Assembly: GCF_964204645.1 (NCBI RefSeq) | Contig: NC_134031.1 | Location: 18,049,910 to 18,113,909 of the forward strand | Reading direction: 5' to 3' | DNA: 64,000 bases | DNA from: Tubulanus polymorphus | Lineage: Eukaryota; Animalia; Nemertea | Shown here: piece after piece, positions 1 through 11,896 of the stretch | Numbering within the stretch: the stretch's first letter is position 1 | How the letters are laid out: each line of letters opens with the position of its first letter | Translations under genes and position numbers: made by a program | The notes under the pieces: model-generated | The model's database searches: none | Seen by the model: the letters and a program-made list of their open reading frames with translations, nothing else | What the model was told of the DNA's origin: nothing

Positions 1-594
1 CATTAGCAAGGGCTTTTCTCGTGAACTAGTGTTAATAATGCACTATTCAATTGCTTATGGAGCTATTTATTTAGTGTAAAAATGGTCTCGCAGAACCATG
101 ATTCATGAATGATTCTAACCAAATGTATGAACAAGAAAACTAACTTGAAAGTTTATCGGTGCCTTGAAAAATAACACATACATTGCTTAATATTGTCAAC
201 TATATTGTATTGTAAATAGTATAATATCAAGGGTCAATTATGGATTTGAGTATCGATAATTGAATTGAATTAACTGGCAACCAGTCTAGCCCCAATATAT
301 TGATGACGTAGTGCAGGTCCTCTCAAAAATTGATTATTAGAATATATCAAAAATAGAATAAGAGTACAAAATATATTTAACCACAAAATGAACGCCAAAA
401 TCGATGACATAGTGCACATCGACTCACGCAGAACCCCTTAAATAACAAATATTAGGTATCAATGTATAGTAAACATTAGTGTAAGGGATTTTACTGCATC
501 AAAAAGAAAAGAATCGTAATCCAGGGGTATATTTGGGGAAACTTTATGTGCCAGCCCAGTTTACTTCATCACAAATTTCGATTTTGCATTTCAG

Positions 595-1289
595 CTTCGG
601 TTCTGACGAACCCGCCGAAAGTTCTGTTCGAAATCGACACGAATCAATCGGATAAAGTATGCCAGTGCCTCAGCGAAGTGATCGCGCCGTTCGCCGCCAG
701 ATTTACGTATATCGTAGTTAGACAAGTCGATTCTATAATGCCCGATCAGGATTTGATTCCCGCGTTGATCGTCAGTTTACTGTTTCACGGCCGCAGTCAA
801 GGGAACGCCGAACGCGCCGTACAACATTTGAACGAATCGCCGTGGTTAAAAGTATCGTTGCCGAGCGGCATCGCTTCCGAACTGGACTTCCCGTTGGTTT
901 TGTATCGCAACGGCCGGTTCAACGTGCCGATGATCGGTATCCAAACGGGATGCGTACAATCAGGGATACAGCTAACTCTTCTAGTCCAAGATTCTCAAAA
1001 CTTCCAGTCGATGGAGAGCTTTTATTGCAAAGTTACCGGGCTCGTACCGTTGAGGCGTAGTAGCCACGAATCGGCGATGCGCTATTGTACGTTTCCGCTG
1101 TCTTCTCGCGCCGAACTCGTGATCGCGTTTTATCCGGAATTCGCCGCGAAATCGTTGCGCAACGCTGCTATTTATATCCAAGTGTCCGAAGTCAACCATA
1201 TCGATAGCCTGATCAGACTCAGCGAGGATCACTGGCACACTAACGACCCCGAAGGAAACCGTGTTGTTTTATATATGCCGCTGAAATGA
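595..1289 (+). CDS. FAM124-family protein, probably last coding exon (upstream exons outside the window, or start at ATG 546)
   Basis: ORF 546..1289 has FAM124-like motifs (PALIVSLLF, SPW, QLTLLV..NFQSMESFY, WHTNDPEGNRVVL). Acceptor ttgcatttcag ends at 594; AATAAA at 1294-1299 just after the stop. Family assigned by recognition, not by search. Confidence 0.7.
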
Positions 1290-1311
1290 ATTCAATAAAT
1301 ATCTCTTTTTG

Positions 1312-1599
1312 CGGGGTCCCTACAACTCCTTGATTCCCGACTTAAAAAATCTTTTTTTAACCAAAAATCTTTTTTAAGGTCAATGAAACTTCAAAACTAG
1401 AAATGTCTGTAATTGTACAGTAGTAAACTATGCCTTAATTGGGACCCGGATTTTTTTTTTTATTGAGATAAACAGTTCCGATTTAGGAGGAGTCTACCGT
1501 AATTGGGATATGAAAGTGATGTAGACACTTCCTCTAAATTTGTAAGTTTCTCCTTTAAAACTCCTTACATTCAGGAATGACTGATCTGCAGGGACCCTG
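1312..1599. mobile_element. Non-autonomous hAT-like MITE with 5-bp TSD (copy 1)
   Basis: Ends cggggtccctac...gcagggaccctg are imperfect inverted repeats; TTTTG flanks both sides (1307-1311, 1600-1604). Confidence 0.65.
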
Positions 1600-2061
1600 T
1601 TTTGGTCGGTACATTTCGAATAAATGCATGAGGTCACACGCGCATCTGTATCAGCATCTGTATCAGCGTGTGTTTTTATCATCATATTTGCTTTTCAAGG
1701 TGCTTTGAAGGAATTTTATTTAAAACCATAGGAATCATTTAAAACCTGTTTTCGGCTGGGCTGCATTTATCGCCGGGAAATATCCCAATTTTCTTGTGTT
1801 ACGTTAAATATTTATCAACCGAAAATCAAAACCAAGGAAACAGTATCGATAATGAATATTTTAGTCAATAATACTTTATCGTGTATATACGGTCTTAAAT
1901 ATATTTATTTGAATTCGAACATTTTTTGTAAAATTTTACGATAAATTAATGTAAAACGCAGAGATATTGTTCTGTGAGATACATTGTATGTATTGATGAT
2001 GAATATGTATTAGAAATAAATTATTATTCATATGAATCTGTCTGTTTGATATATCTATACA

Positions 2062-2441
2062 CAAGGGTCCTACAATTCCTGGTATCCAGAATTCAAGGAC
2101 TTTTCAAGGAATTTTCAAGGAGTAATTTTCAAAATTCAAGGAGGTTTTCGCGGTCATATAGGCCTATAAGGAATATTCAAAAACAAAATCCATGTTTTTC
2201 TCAAATTTTGATCAGTTGTTGTGTGTGCCGTTTTGGTTTTACAGTTTAAATGTTTTAAATCTCAAAGTGAAACAACTTTCACAAGTCACACAATGAAGAA
2301 TAATAGAATACACTGTCTTCTGAAAAGGACCTTTTGAAAATTTTTAATAGGACTTTCCTTTTAAAGGATTTTCAAGGACCTTGAAAAATATATTCAAAAA
2401 TCAAGGAGTTTTCAAGGATTCAAGGAGTTGTAGGGACCCTG
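2062..2441. mobile_element. Non-autonomous hAT-like MITE with 5-bp TSD (copy 2)
   Basis: Ends caagggtcctacaattcct...aggagttgtagggaccctg; ATACA flanks both sides (2057-2061, 2442-2446); many internal ttcaagga motifs. Confidence 0.7.
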
Positions 2442-2822
2442 ATACATGGGATAGGCAATTCAACGAATGTACTGCAAGGTAACCACTTTTTATTTGACTT
2501 CCCTCACGATTTCCTGACATGCACGTTTTTCCAAAGTTCATCTGCTTAGAATCCAATCAAAATACGTAAGATATGTAGTTCACGATTAACAGACCATCCG
2601 ACATTCAGAGATAAAAGTTCAGAAGAAGTCGTACAATAACGTTTGATGTTCGACATAAATGATAATTTATTAACCTACTTCCACATACAACTAGAAGTTA
2701 CAATGTCAATAATCTATATTTTAAGAAAAACATAAATTCGTTTGAATAAACACCATTTCATACCGTTAGTTATAGATTTAACTGTTTTTGATTTTCCCTG
2801 CAAGAACCCGTTTGAATGTGCT

Positions 2823-2908
2823 TCATAATTTACACGATTGATTTCCACTGTTTCATAATTCACACAACTGATTTCCACTTTTTCAAAATTCACATGACTG
2901 ATTTCCAC
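2823..2908. repeat. 30-bp tandem repeat, about 3 copies
   Basis: ttcataattcacacaactgatttccactgt-like unit repeated; explains the VEISxVNYE repeat in ORF 2714..2908. Confidence 0.8.
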
Positions 2909-3152
2909 GGTCTATTTTAGTTTCATTTCATAGAGTCAATCATTTCAAATACAATCTTATAAAAGGTACAAATTAAATATTACAAATATTGGTAGACACT
3001 TATTTAATACAATGGTTAAAATCATTTTCAACAGTCTAGACCAGTCTTTCTTTCAGAAACCGCAGAAAAAACTGAGCATCATAAAGCCCACTAGACACCA
3101 TTTAATAATATACTCGATGAGAATAATGGCAGTTGCAGTATGTGCATTATAT

Positions 3153-3444
3153 AGCTGCGATCACACAAGAGATGGTTTGACCCCGCCGAATTGACGCAGA
3201 TCGGGCCCCGCATCAAATTTGGCCTGCGCCTGATTAAAAAGCGTGTTCTCACTTGATACACTACACAATACTCGAACAACTCGATGTGAGTCACTTTCGA
3301 AACTAGTTGTCATTCACACGCAATAATTTGGTGCATGATAAAATTTGGCTTGGGCCTGGTCCGACGTATTTAGTCAGGCCCGGGTCCATTTGGCATCTGT
3401 GCGAACAGTTGTTCCCGGCCAAAAATTCTTGTTTGATCACAGCT
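3153..3444. mobile_element. MITE (PIF/Harbinger-like) just 3' of the zinc-finger gene
   Basis: agctgcgatcacacaaga at 3153 is the inverted match of tcttgtttgatcacagct ending at 3444 (16/18). 3-bp flanks tat/ttt are imperfect. Confidence 0.55.
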
Positions 3445-3524
3445 TTTTTTGTCTCTCGTTAAAATCAACGTGTGTTTAATTTATGACACATTTGCTACCT
3501 GAGATAAATGTTCAAGTAAATTTC

Positions 3525-6500
3525 TCAAAACTGGCACGTCGAGAAAAGCGGCAGACTATCGTCTTCCGGCAAAAAGCTTTTATCGGTATTCGCGCAGTCA
3601 CTACTGATACTACTACCGTCATTGTCTAACTGATCAATCATTGCAATGTTATTAGTCAATTCAGTTTCCGTATTTTGCTGATATTGCGCGCGATCATCGG
3701 CTTTTTTACGATTGGAATCCGCCGCTTTTCGTTTCGCATTTTTCAGCGTCAGCGCTAAACCGCACATATCGCTGTTCATATGTTCGCGAAGATCGCTCGG
3801 TGTTTTGTAAACTTCTCCGCAGCCCGTACACATTTCGGGTCCGTTCTTTCGTGGTCTGCCGCGCTTTTTTCTAATCGTCTCCGGCTCCGAATCGTCTTCG
3901 ACTTCGGATTTTATTACCGGGCCTTTTCGACCGGCGATGATCTCGACGTCGTCGTCTCTGCGACACGGATTTTCCATTTTCTCCATCGCGTGTTGCAGAA
4001 GCTTTTTCATCGAGTGGAACTCCCTCCCGCAGTCGTGGCATTTCGGACTGCGTCGTTGTTTCGACTTACCCCCGGCGGCGCTCGTGTGCGTGACCATGTG
4101 CATTTTCAGATTTCCGCCCTGCGAAAACGAACGCCCGCAAATAATACACTTATACGGCTTGTCGCCGGTGTGCAGACGGACGTGCGTTTTTAAATTCGAA
4201 GTGTTCGTGAAACGTTTCTCGCAATGCGGACACTTGTACGGTTTTTCGCCGGTGTGAGTACGCGAGTGAATGATCAGTTTCTGACTCTCGCGGAATTGTT
4301 TTCCGCAGACGTCGCAGCGATAGCGCTTCTCGCCGGTGTGTATCTTCATGTGCAGCCGGTGATACGTCGGCAACGCGAACGTTTTTCCGCAGACGTCGCA
4401 GCGATGCGGCTTCTCGCCGCTGTGCAACTGACGGTGCACGTTCATGTTGTTGACGTGGCGGAAACCGCGGCCGCAAATATCGCACGAGTACAACGTGATG
4501 TTTTTGTGCATCTGCATGTGCAGACGGAATTTACTGATCTCGACGAATCCTTTGCCGCACAAATCGCACTTATGCGGCCGTTCGGCGTCGCTGTGTATTC
4601 GCTTTATGTGACGCTGCAGGTAGGATTTCCGCGCGAAATGTTTCCCGCAATCGGCGCACGTAAATACAGACAGTTCGACTTTCGGTACAACTGAAATATC
4701 ATGAACAGAGAGAGTTAATCATCGTTATCCGAGTACAGTGAAACTAGCTAATGTCTAAAACCATTGTATACGGAGTTTAAAAGGATGATCTCCAGTTCGA
4801 AACGTAGTACCTTCATTTCAATTTCTTATGAAGAAAATTAGCTTTTAATCTTTTAAACTTTGCATATAGTGGATTTTAAACTAATTATCTATTCTTCGAG
4901 TCTACGGGCTAGTCACCTTTTAGGTAAGGTTGTTGTGCTTGGGCCATCATTACGTTGACAACTTATTCAAATGAGGACTAGAATTAGAAATCGGGACAAA
5001 AAAACCGGTATGACTTCAGTGAGTTTGACTCTACTCTTCACTATTGGTATAGGTACTTACTTTTAACGTCACAGCTATCATCCTCAGTAACTCCTGTGGT
5101 CGCATGAATACTTCGCCTATCTAATTTTGATTCATCTTTACAGCTGGAAGACTCTACAACTCGTCCTTTACTATCTATATGATGTTCTACAACTAGTAAA
5201 CATAAAATGATCGGTTATTTTATGCAATGTATTGTTTTCCTGGGATGAAAACAAATAGATGGCCTTCTTACTCGTTTCATCGGAGCTGTTACCTTGAAGC
5301 ACTTCTGAAGTCGAATCATCAACCATTGATTCATCTTTGCTAAAGGGTTCTAAAACTGGTTCCGTATTATCCGTTTGTTCAACAGCTATTAAAGAAGATA
5401 ATCACAGCCAATGTCAAACGCCAATCAAATAGGAGATCTGGTTTCTGCACAACTAGACGACCATACTAACATTGAACCCAAGTTTCACCAAAATCGACCC
5501 ACTATTAACAAAGCTAAGAAGCTGAAAGACAGACACAGACAGAGACTTGTAACGGAAACCAGAGGAACAATACTCACCATCATCTTCAAAACTGCTCCAT
5601 GGTGTTCCTCGTTCACACTTCCATGATTCAACCTTTACAATTTTTATGAATTCACTTTCCTCCTCCTCCTGTTTCGCTTGAAATAAGAAATTCTCTACGA
5701 TAAAAAGAAATCAACGAGATTAATGTCAGTTCATATCACAGATACGACGTTAATAAGCGCAGCGAGTACGAACCATCGACTTTCAATTCTCCTTCTTTGA
5801 TTTCGTGATCAGTTTTGAGGATTATATTGCCTTCACCGGCATCCCGCGCGCCATTTTCTACAAGAAAACAGAAACTTCGGTTCAAAACGAGTCATTCAGT
5901 GCTCACACTAGCTGGTCCCCAATTTGAGGAATTTTTGAGAGCGTTCAAAGAGAAAATCATAAAAATGTGATGAACCGTTAAATGAGTTTAACCCTTTCAG
6001 TGCCAAGTAATTACTTCCTGAATGTTCTGGAGACAATTTGAAAATTTATAAAAATTCCACCTAAGCGAATATTGTATAATGGGCATACCTCTATGATGGG
6101 CATGACCTTGACAAGTGCTGCCATCTTCTAATAGAGATATAAACTAATTACTAATTGCATGAATACACTGCGGTACGGTGTACTAGCAAAGTCCATCACC
6201 GATTTTTACACTGCATTGCGGTGGAGATGCGATGGAAGGGTTTAGAGTGGAAGAGTTTAAAATGGATATATAATGGAGCGACTGCAGTTCAGGTGTCCCT
6301 TATGGTCAATATGTACCTAACCTAACAAAAACCCCAATACTCAGTAGCACAAGTGCTACAGACCAGAAAAGTGACCTAAACTGCAGTTAGACCGAGTTGA
6401 AAACAGTTTATCCGAGTATACAGGAATACCGTCGGTGTGTTGATGATAATTATAATCATTGCTATCATTGACTACATTCTCCTTATTATCACCTTCATTA

Positions 6501-6802
6501 TTCTCCTCAGCTTCATCTTCAAACTTCATTCGATCGACATCTCTATTCGATGTGTCGCCATTGAACGTTTTGTTCTCATGAGCTGTAAGAAAAAAAACGG
6601 AATGAAAATATGTTAATTGCGCCGTTAACACCATCCTCGCTTGCCAGGGTTAGATTGCCTCCCGACCGAGGATACGCTCTCACGCGTAGAAATCAACTTT
6701 TATTCCACCACCAGATTTGAACTTACCATTAAAACCTTCTCCAAAGTCCTCAGCATTTCCAGATGAATCCGGTTTGATTTTTCTGCTCATTATTCCAGTC
6801 AC
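3525..6802 (-). CDS. C2H2 zinc-finger protein with acidic N-terminus, 7 tandem C2H2 fingers, 2 C2HC-like fingers and an AT-hook
   Basis: Open, phase-compatible exons 6727-6802, 6430-6582, 5774-5857, 5578-5694, 5293-5385, 5061-5192 and 3525-4690, all with GT-AG. The last exon starts VPKVELSVFTCADCGKHFARKSYLQRHIKRIH, then TGEKPY-type linkers and KKRGRPRK. Probable non-coding exons at about 6973-7131 and from 9778 upward. Start codon uncertain (MSRKIKPD). Confidence 0.85.
5992..6240. mobile_element. piggyBac-like MITE (degraded copy) in a zinc-finger intron
   Basis: ttaa|ccctttcagtgc ... ggaaggg|ttta; internal blocks match the 11609-11896 copy. Confidence 0.7.
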
Positions 6803-7709
6803 CTATTGATAAATTGAAGAAAAATATTTCAGCTGCGTTGTTGTGTAGGGAATGTTGTTGTACCGTAATTATATGGATGGAACGGAGATTGACGAGTTCA
6901 TTGTTGTTCACGGGGCCTGACCTGGCGCAAATAGTACTTAGGATGATAGGGGATCAAGAACTTTCACAGTACCATGTCGGCTGTTGTGGTGTGGATATTA
7001 TGTTATCTGGTTATTGACGACGATTATTGTTGGATGTTTAAATTTGTGAACGATTAGTGACATTGATTGACTGATGTTGAGGTGGTCGTTGAAGAAGGAA
7101 AAAAGTGGAGCCAGTCATTGTTCAGCAGAACCTGTAAATCGAAGTAAAAATAATTGAGTGTGCATTTGCAAATGAACGTACCCTTTTGGCGCTGTCTTTT
7201 GCTATTTTTTCGATTGATGTCTGTCTGCAGAGTTTCCAGAACCTGTCATGTCAGGTCTTAAGACCTGACATGACAGGTCTGACCTGTCATGTCAGGTCCC
7301 GAAAAAACCCAAACTCATGACAATATTTGACGAAACGGCGAAATATCTAGGCATGTGCTAGACGAATGGAAGAACATTTTGAGTTGAATGAATATTCTGA
7401 CCCGTCGTTAATATCGAAAATGATTCAACAATAACGATAAGGAAAATGTTCTGACAAATAATTCATTTGAAAGGTTGATTTATAAGAAGAAAATATTTAT
7501 GTGTAAACTATGACTTATTTCTGTATTAAAGGGAAAAAATAAGTTTCAGGCATAGATGAATTGATTAATGTAGAAGTAAGAGCACATTATAAGAGAATAT
7601 TTTCGCTAGATGAATCGAGGTCTTGATATTTCGTTTCCGCAATAAGACACTGAAAATTATCTGCTCACTATCACAGCTCGGCAACACTCCTCACTGTCCT
7701 GAAGTCCTG

Positions 7710-7847
7710 GGCCCAGTTCCATAGTCATGGCTTAGACTTAAGACCAATCTAAGACCATCTTAGTACTATAACCAATCTAACAACTTAAGACCAGTCTTAA
7801 AATTTGAGACCATTTTTTGACTTAAATCTCAACTGAGGAACCAGCCC
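7710..7847. mobile_element. Harbinger-like MITE (CTG TSD) nested in the 2.5-kb element
   Basis: ctg|ggcccagttccatagt...actgaggaaccagccc|ctg; same family as 38286-38387. Confidence 0.75.
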
Positions 7848-8014
7848 CTGAAGTCTCACTATATACATTCATTGTCTTTATGATGTACATGTAAAAGAGC
7901 CGAATGCACTATAGAGACTGATTTTATTGAGACTGATTTTAAATCAACTCATCAATTTAAAGCATGAAGTTTTTTTTCTATCTATATCAGTTTTAATGCA
8001 GACCTGTCGCCATT

Positions 8015-9100
8015 ATATAATACTCTTTACTATAAAGAGACCATAGAAATTAATGTTTTCCTTCATTTCATCAGTTTTAATGCAGACCTGTCACCACAGG
8101 TCTCGAAAAGCTCTGCAAAATGGCGCGAGCTGCCGTGTGAGGTCTCGCTTCATAATTATTGTTTTATAGTAACTTAAGATTAATTCTATCCATGGTTAGC
8201 AATTCATATAATACTCTTTACTATAAAGAGACCATAAAAAGTAAAGTTTTCCTTCATTTCATCAGTTTTAATGCAGACCTGTCACCACAGGTCTCGAGAA
8301 GCTCTGCAAAATGGCGCGAGCTGCCGTGTGAGGTCTCGCTTCATAATTATTGTTTTATGGTAACTTAAGATTAACTCTATCTATGGTTAGCAATTTATAT
8401 TATACTTATTACTATATAAAGGTTATAAAAAGTAAAGTTTTTTCCATTTCATCAGTTTTAGTGCAGACCTGTCACCACAGGTCCCGAGAAGCTCTGCAAA
8501 ATGGCGCGAGCTGCCGTGTGAGGTCTCGCTTCATAATTATTGTTTTATAGTAACTTAAGATTAATTCTATCCATGGTTAGCAATTTATATTATACTCTTT
8601 ACTATAAAGAGACCATAAAAAGTAAAGTTTTCCTTCATTTCATCAGTTTTAATGCAGACCTGTCACCACAGGTCTCGAGAAGCTCTGCAAAATGGCGCGA
8701 GCTGCCGTGTGAGGTCTCGCTTCATAATTATTGTTTTATAGTAACTTAAGATTAACTCTATCTATGGTTAGCAATTGATATTATACTCATTACTATAAAG
8801 ATACCATAAAAATTAAAGTTTTCCTTCATTTCATCAGTTTAAATGCAGACCTGTCACCACAGGTCTCGAGAAGCTCTGCAAAATGGCGCGAGCTGCCGTG
8901 TGAGGTCTCGCTTCAAAATTATTGTTTTATAGTATTTCAAGATTTAATCTATCTATGGTAAGCATACAATTTTACATTCACCATTAGATAGAGATCATAA
9001 AAAGTTCAGGTTTTTCTATTTCATCAGTTTTCAAGCAGACCTGTCACCACAGGTCCCGAAGCTCTGCAAAATGGAGCGAGCTGCCGTGTGAGGTCTCACT
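8015..9100. repeat. Tandem array of ~191-bp units (about 5.7 copies)
   Basis: gcagacctgtcaccacaggt recurs at 8082, 8273, 8463, 8654, 8845 and 9035 (spacing 191/190/191/191/190). Confidence 0.95.
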
Positions 9101-9779
9101 AATTAATCACAGTTTTGTCTAATTTATCCTATGTCAACTTATGAGCTTGGACTGAAATGTTTTTAAATTATATGTGCACTTGGTGAATTAATTATATTGC
9201 GAGTAATTAATAAAAATATGTAAATATATAGGGCCTAATCATAATGAGTATACTGATTGTTATTAATACTGATTATGAGTACATAAGGCACTACCGGTAC
9301 TGGTATCATTGCCTGATCTTGATATTTTCATGTTTCATGTTACAAAAAAATTAATAAATTGTAAACAATTCTTTCAATGTTCTCAAATCATTCACCATCA
9401 TTGCATCTTTATTATATACAAGGCGATATAGTTCAACAACTTTTTATAAACGGACCAACATAAATTCTTAAATGAATTCATAACACATCATAGTTTGTTT
9501 TTTGTTTTTGAATAATATATTCAGAAAGCACTAAGATATGTTCTTTTTGTTTCTTATCGGCTATCATTTGTTCTAAATCCGCGCCTATCATATCTTCTAA
9601 TCGACTATCATCGGTTCAGTCATAACGATTTTCATTTTAGCGAATCGACCTGTCACCTGAGGTCCCACCTGTCATGTCAGGTCTTGGGCCCTGACATGAC
9701 AGGTTCTGGAAACTCTGCAGACAGACCTAAATGATTTTTTCACCACTTCTCAGTTGTTTTTCAGGTCGTTTACGAACTC

Positions 9780-10308
9780 GACCAGATGGTGGCAGCACTT
9801 TCCGTCGAAGAAGGTTTTAAATACACACAGGGACGCGAGTAATAAACGCTCCGGGGGTAGCTCCGAAAACAATCAAGCACGCGGGCGCCGATTATTTTTC
9901 CTGTCAAATAAAGTTCAAGTATCAGAGATTTTAATAGTTTGCAACCTATCGACTTCATATTTTGATTCGTCAATTTTCAATTGCTAAAATGTACTTTTGA
10001 TCCTTACTAATCGTCTGTTAACGTTACATAAATGTATATATTTTCTTTGTCTTCTTTCTTCTTATGTTTCAATCTATTTTCATGTCATTTGTCAATGTCT
10101 ATCTCCGACTCGAGTTCAATCTGTTTCGTCTAGTAGAAACTTATTACATGTTAATTCATTATTGAGTCAAATAAGTTCAAGTTCATCAATAAATTTCAAT
10201 TGAATTCAGACAACCCGGAAGTGGATGAAATTGTTACAGTACGTTTGCAGGGTACTTATTGCTTTCGGTCTAATTATCGGTGCTGCTTTCGTCTAGAATT
10301 TCCAGATC
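9780..10308. promoter_or_regulatory. Putative bidirectional promoter between the zinc-finger gene and PHPT1
   Basis: Head-to-head gene arrangement; ETS/GABP-type CCGGAAGTG at 10215-10223; CpG-rich patch 9780-9900; minus-strand donor GTTCGT at 9777. Confidence 0.5.
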
Positions 10309-11168
10309 ATGTCGAAGAAAACGTCGCCAGAAACTGCGTCGAGCGGTGCCGCATCTCACCCGTTGTTGTCGAAATTAAATGCCGTAGATATTGACACGGG
10401 CAAAATGAAATACGTGCTCATCAAAGTAGTCGACGAAAAATCGAGTGAATACAAATATCTAGTCAGGGGCTATTGTTGGGCAGAATATCACGGTACGTAT
10501 TAATCTTCACAGTGCTGATCAATTTCTCATATTTGATATCTTTTTTATTTCATATTTTATTGTGGAAATCTAATAATGTAATATTGCGGAATAATAATAC
10601 ATTTTGAATTTTCTAATAATCACTTTCTTTTGGGGTTGAGGGTACCTTTCCGCTGTGTGACTCTGCTCAGCGTTACCAAATGATAACATATGATGTTATG
10701 TAGGCCTAAGGAATAATGTTTTTAGGGTCACCACCGTTAGCGCTCCGTTTGACAAGTAATTATCTATTACAGGTATATTTTTAAAATGTGATTTGTTTTT
10801 ACCTATTTTCAGCCGATATCTATGAAAAAGTGGAGCCAGAGATTACGAGTAGGGAGTTGGATACCGAGTGTGTTGGTGGCGGTAGAATTGAACATGAACC
10901 TGCATCTAAAAAAATTAAAGTTTATGGCTATTCGATGGTACGTGTATTTTCTAAACACCCCTGGTAGCTAATGAGCACACGCTTCAGTATATCCCAATTC
11001 TCGAAAAACCATGAATAGCTGGACTTGAAAGTATTTTCAGAAAATTCAACAGATCCGTCCTCTTTTTTTCAGGGCTATGGTAAAGCAGACCATTCCATAA
11101 CTACGGCGGTACTTAAACAGAAATTCAGGGATTACAAAGATATTTCGTTCACCAATTCGGGCTATTAA
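10309..11168 (+). CDS. PHPT1: 14 kDa phosphohistidine phosphatase (janus/ocnus family)
   Basis: Exons 10309-10492, 10813-10937 and 11073-11168 splice to VDIDTGKMKYVLIKV..LVRGYCWAEYHADIY..ECVGGGRIEH..IKVYGYSMGYGKADH..GY*. The catalytic His of the EYHADI motif is present. Confidence 0.95.
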
Positions 11169-11337
11169 AAAACCTGCCCTTTGCTGATTTTCAGCTATTG
11201 TTGTGAAAAATGCTCTTGGTGCTTTTTATATGTTGCAAGTGCTGAATGAATTCGACGAACTTTTCAAAATCATCATCTGAATCTCCTCCGGTGTCTAAAA
11301 AATCCTGTTTACACCTACGACGTAATATGATTATTAT

Positions 11338-11502
11338 CGGGTCATTCAGTTATTACGTACGCATTAGGGGAGGGGGAGGGGTCGGGGCAATTGCCTACTG
11401 TAATGCTTAATGTATATGAAAGAATGGCTGATTTTGCGTACAGAGTGCGAGAGGGTATTGAAAAATTCAAATTTTATGCGTACGTAATAAATGAATGATC
11501 CC
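11338..11502. mobile_element. MITE with ~27-bp TIR and 3-bp TAT TSD
   Basis: tat|cgggtcattcagttattacgtacgcat ... atgcgtacgtaataaatgaatgatccc|tat. Confidence 0.7.
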
Positions 11503-11608
11503 TATGTAGTTTGTAGCAGTATTACTATTCATTGTTGAAGACGTAAACGTTTCTTACGCTGAGATTGAAAGAGTTTTATACTACCTCGTGTGCTCTTAAT
11601 AATGTTAA

Positions 11609-11896
11609 CCCTTTCAGCGCTGACTGATTAATACCCTATAGTGCTGGAGATTATTTGAAAATTTTAAAAAATTCCACCCTAGTGTGTTGAATAACGGGAA
11701 TACCGCTATAGTGCATCTACACCGCGGTGCAGTGTATCGTTAGTTACTAGTATTTCACTATGTTTGACACGTGCTGCCATTTTTCAATAGAGATAAAAAC
11801 TTATTACTAATGACATCTGTACACCACAGTGCGGTGTACTAGCAAAATCTATCACTGATTTATACACTGCACTGCGGTGTAGACGCACTGAAAGGG
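11609..11896. mobile_element. piggyBac-like MITE
   Basis: TTAA|ccctttcagcgc ... gcactgaaaggg|TTAA; CCC..GGG termini with TTAA TSD. Confidence 0.85.

Larger units (their letters stand above)
7219..9726. mobile_element. ~2.5-kb non-autonomous TIR element with subterminal palindromes and an internal satellite
   Basis: 37-bp perfect TIR gtctgtctgcagagtttccagaacctgtcatgtcagg (7219-7255 / 9690-9726); no transposase ORF; no clear TSD. Confidence 0.85.

Noticed and set aside
3780-4694. Plus-strand and alternate-frame ORFs overlapping the zinc-finger exon
   Set aside because: Shadow ORFs of a GC-rich coding exon. The same applies to overlaps within the FAM124-like, actin, TMEM26, SLC22 and GPCR genes.
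8159-8749. Three near-identical 66-69 aa ORFs
   Set aside because: They are the 191-bp satellite units, with non-ATG starts and no protein features.
8015-9100. CRISPR-like or hammerhead (minus-strand CTGATGA...GAAA) interpretation of the array
   Set aside because: The whole unit is repeated with no unique spacers, and the context is eukaryotic. The CTGATGA/GAAA pair has no stem II and is not conserved across units.
7228-9717. Classifying the 2.5-kb element as hAT from CAGAG..CTCTG inner ends
   Set aside because: The 8-bp flanks are reverse complements (part of the TIR), not a direct duplication.
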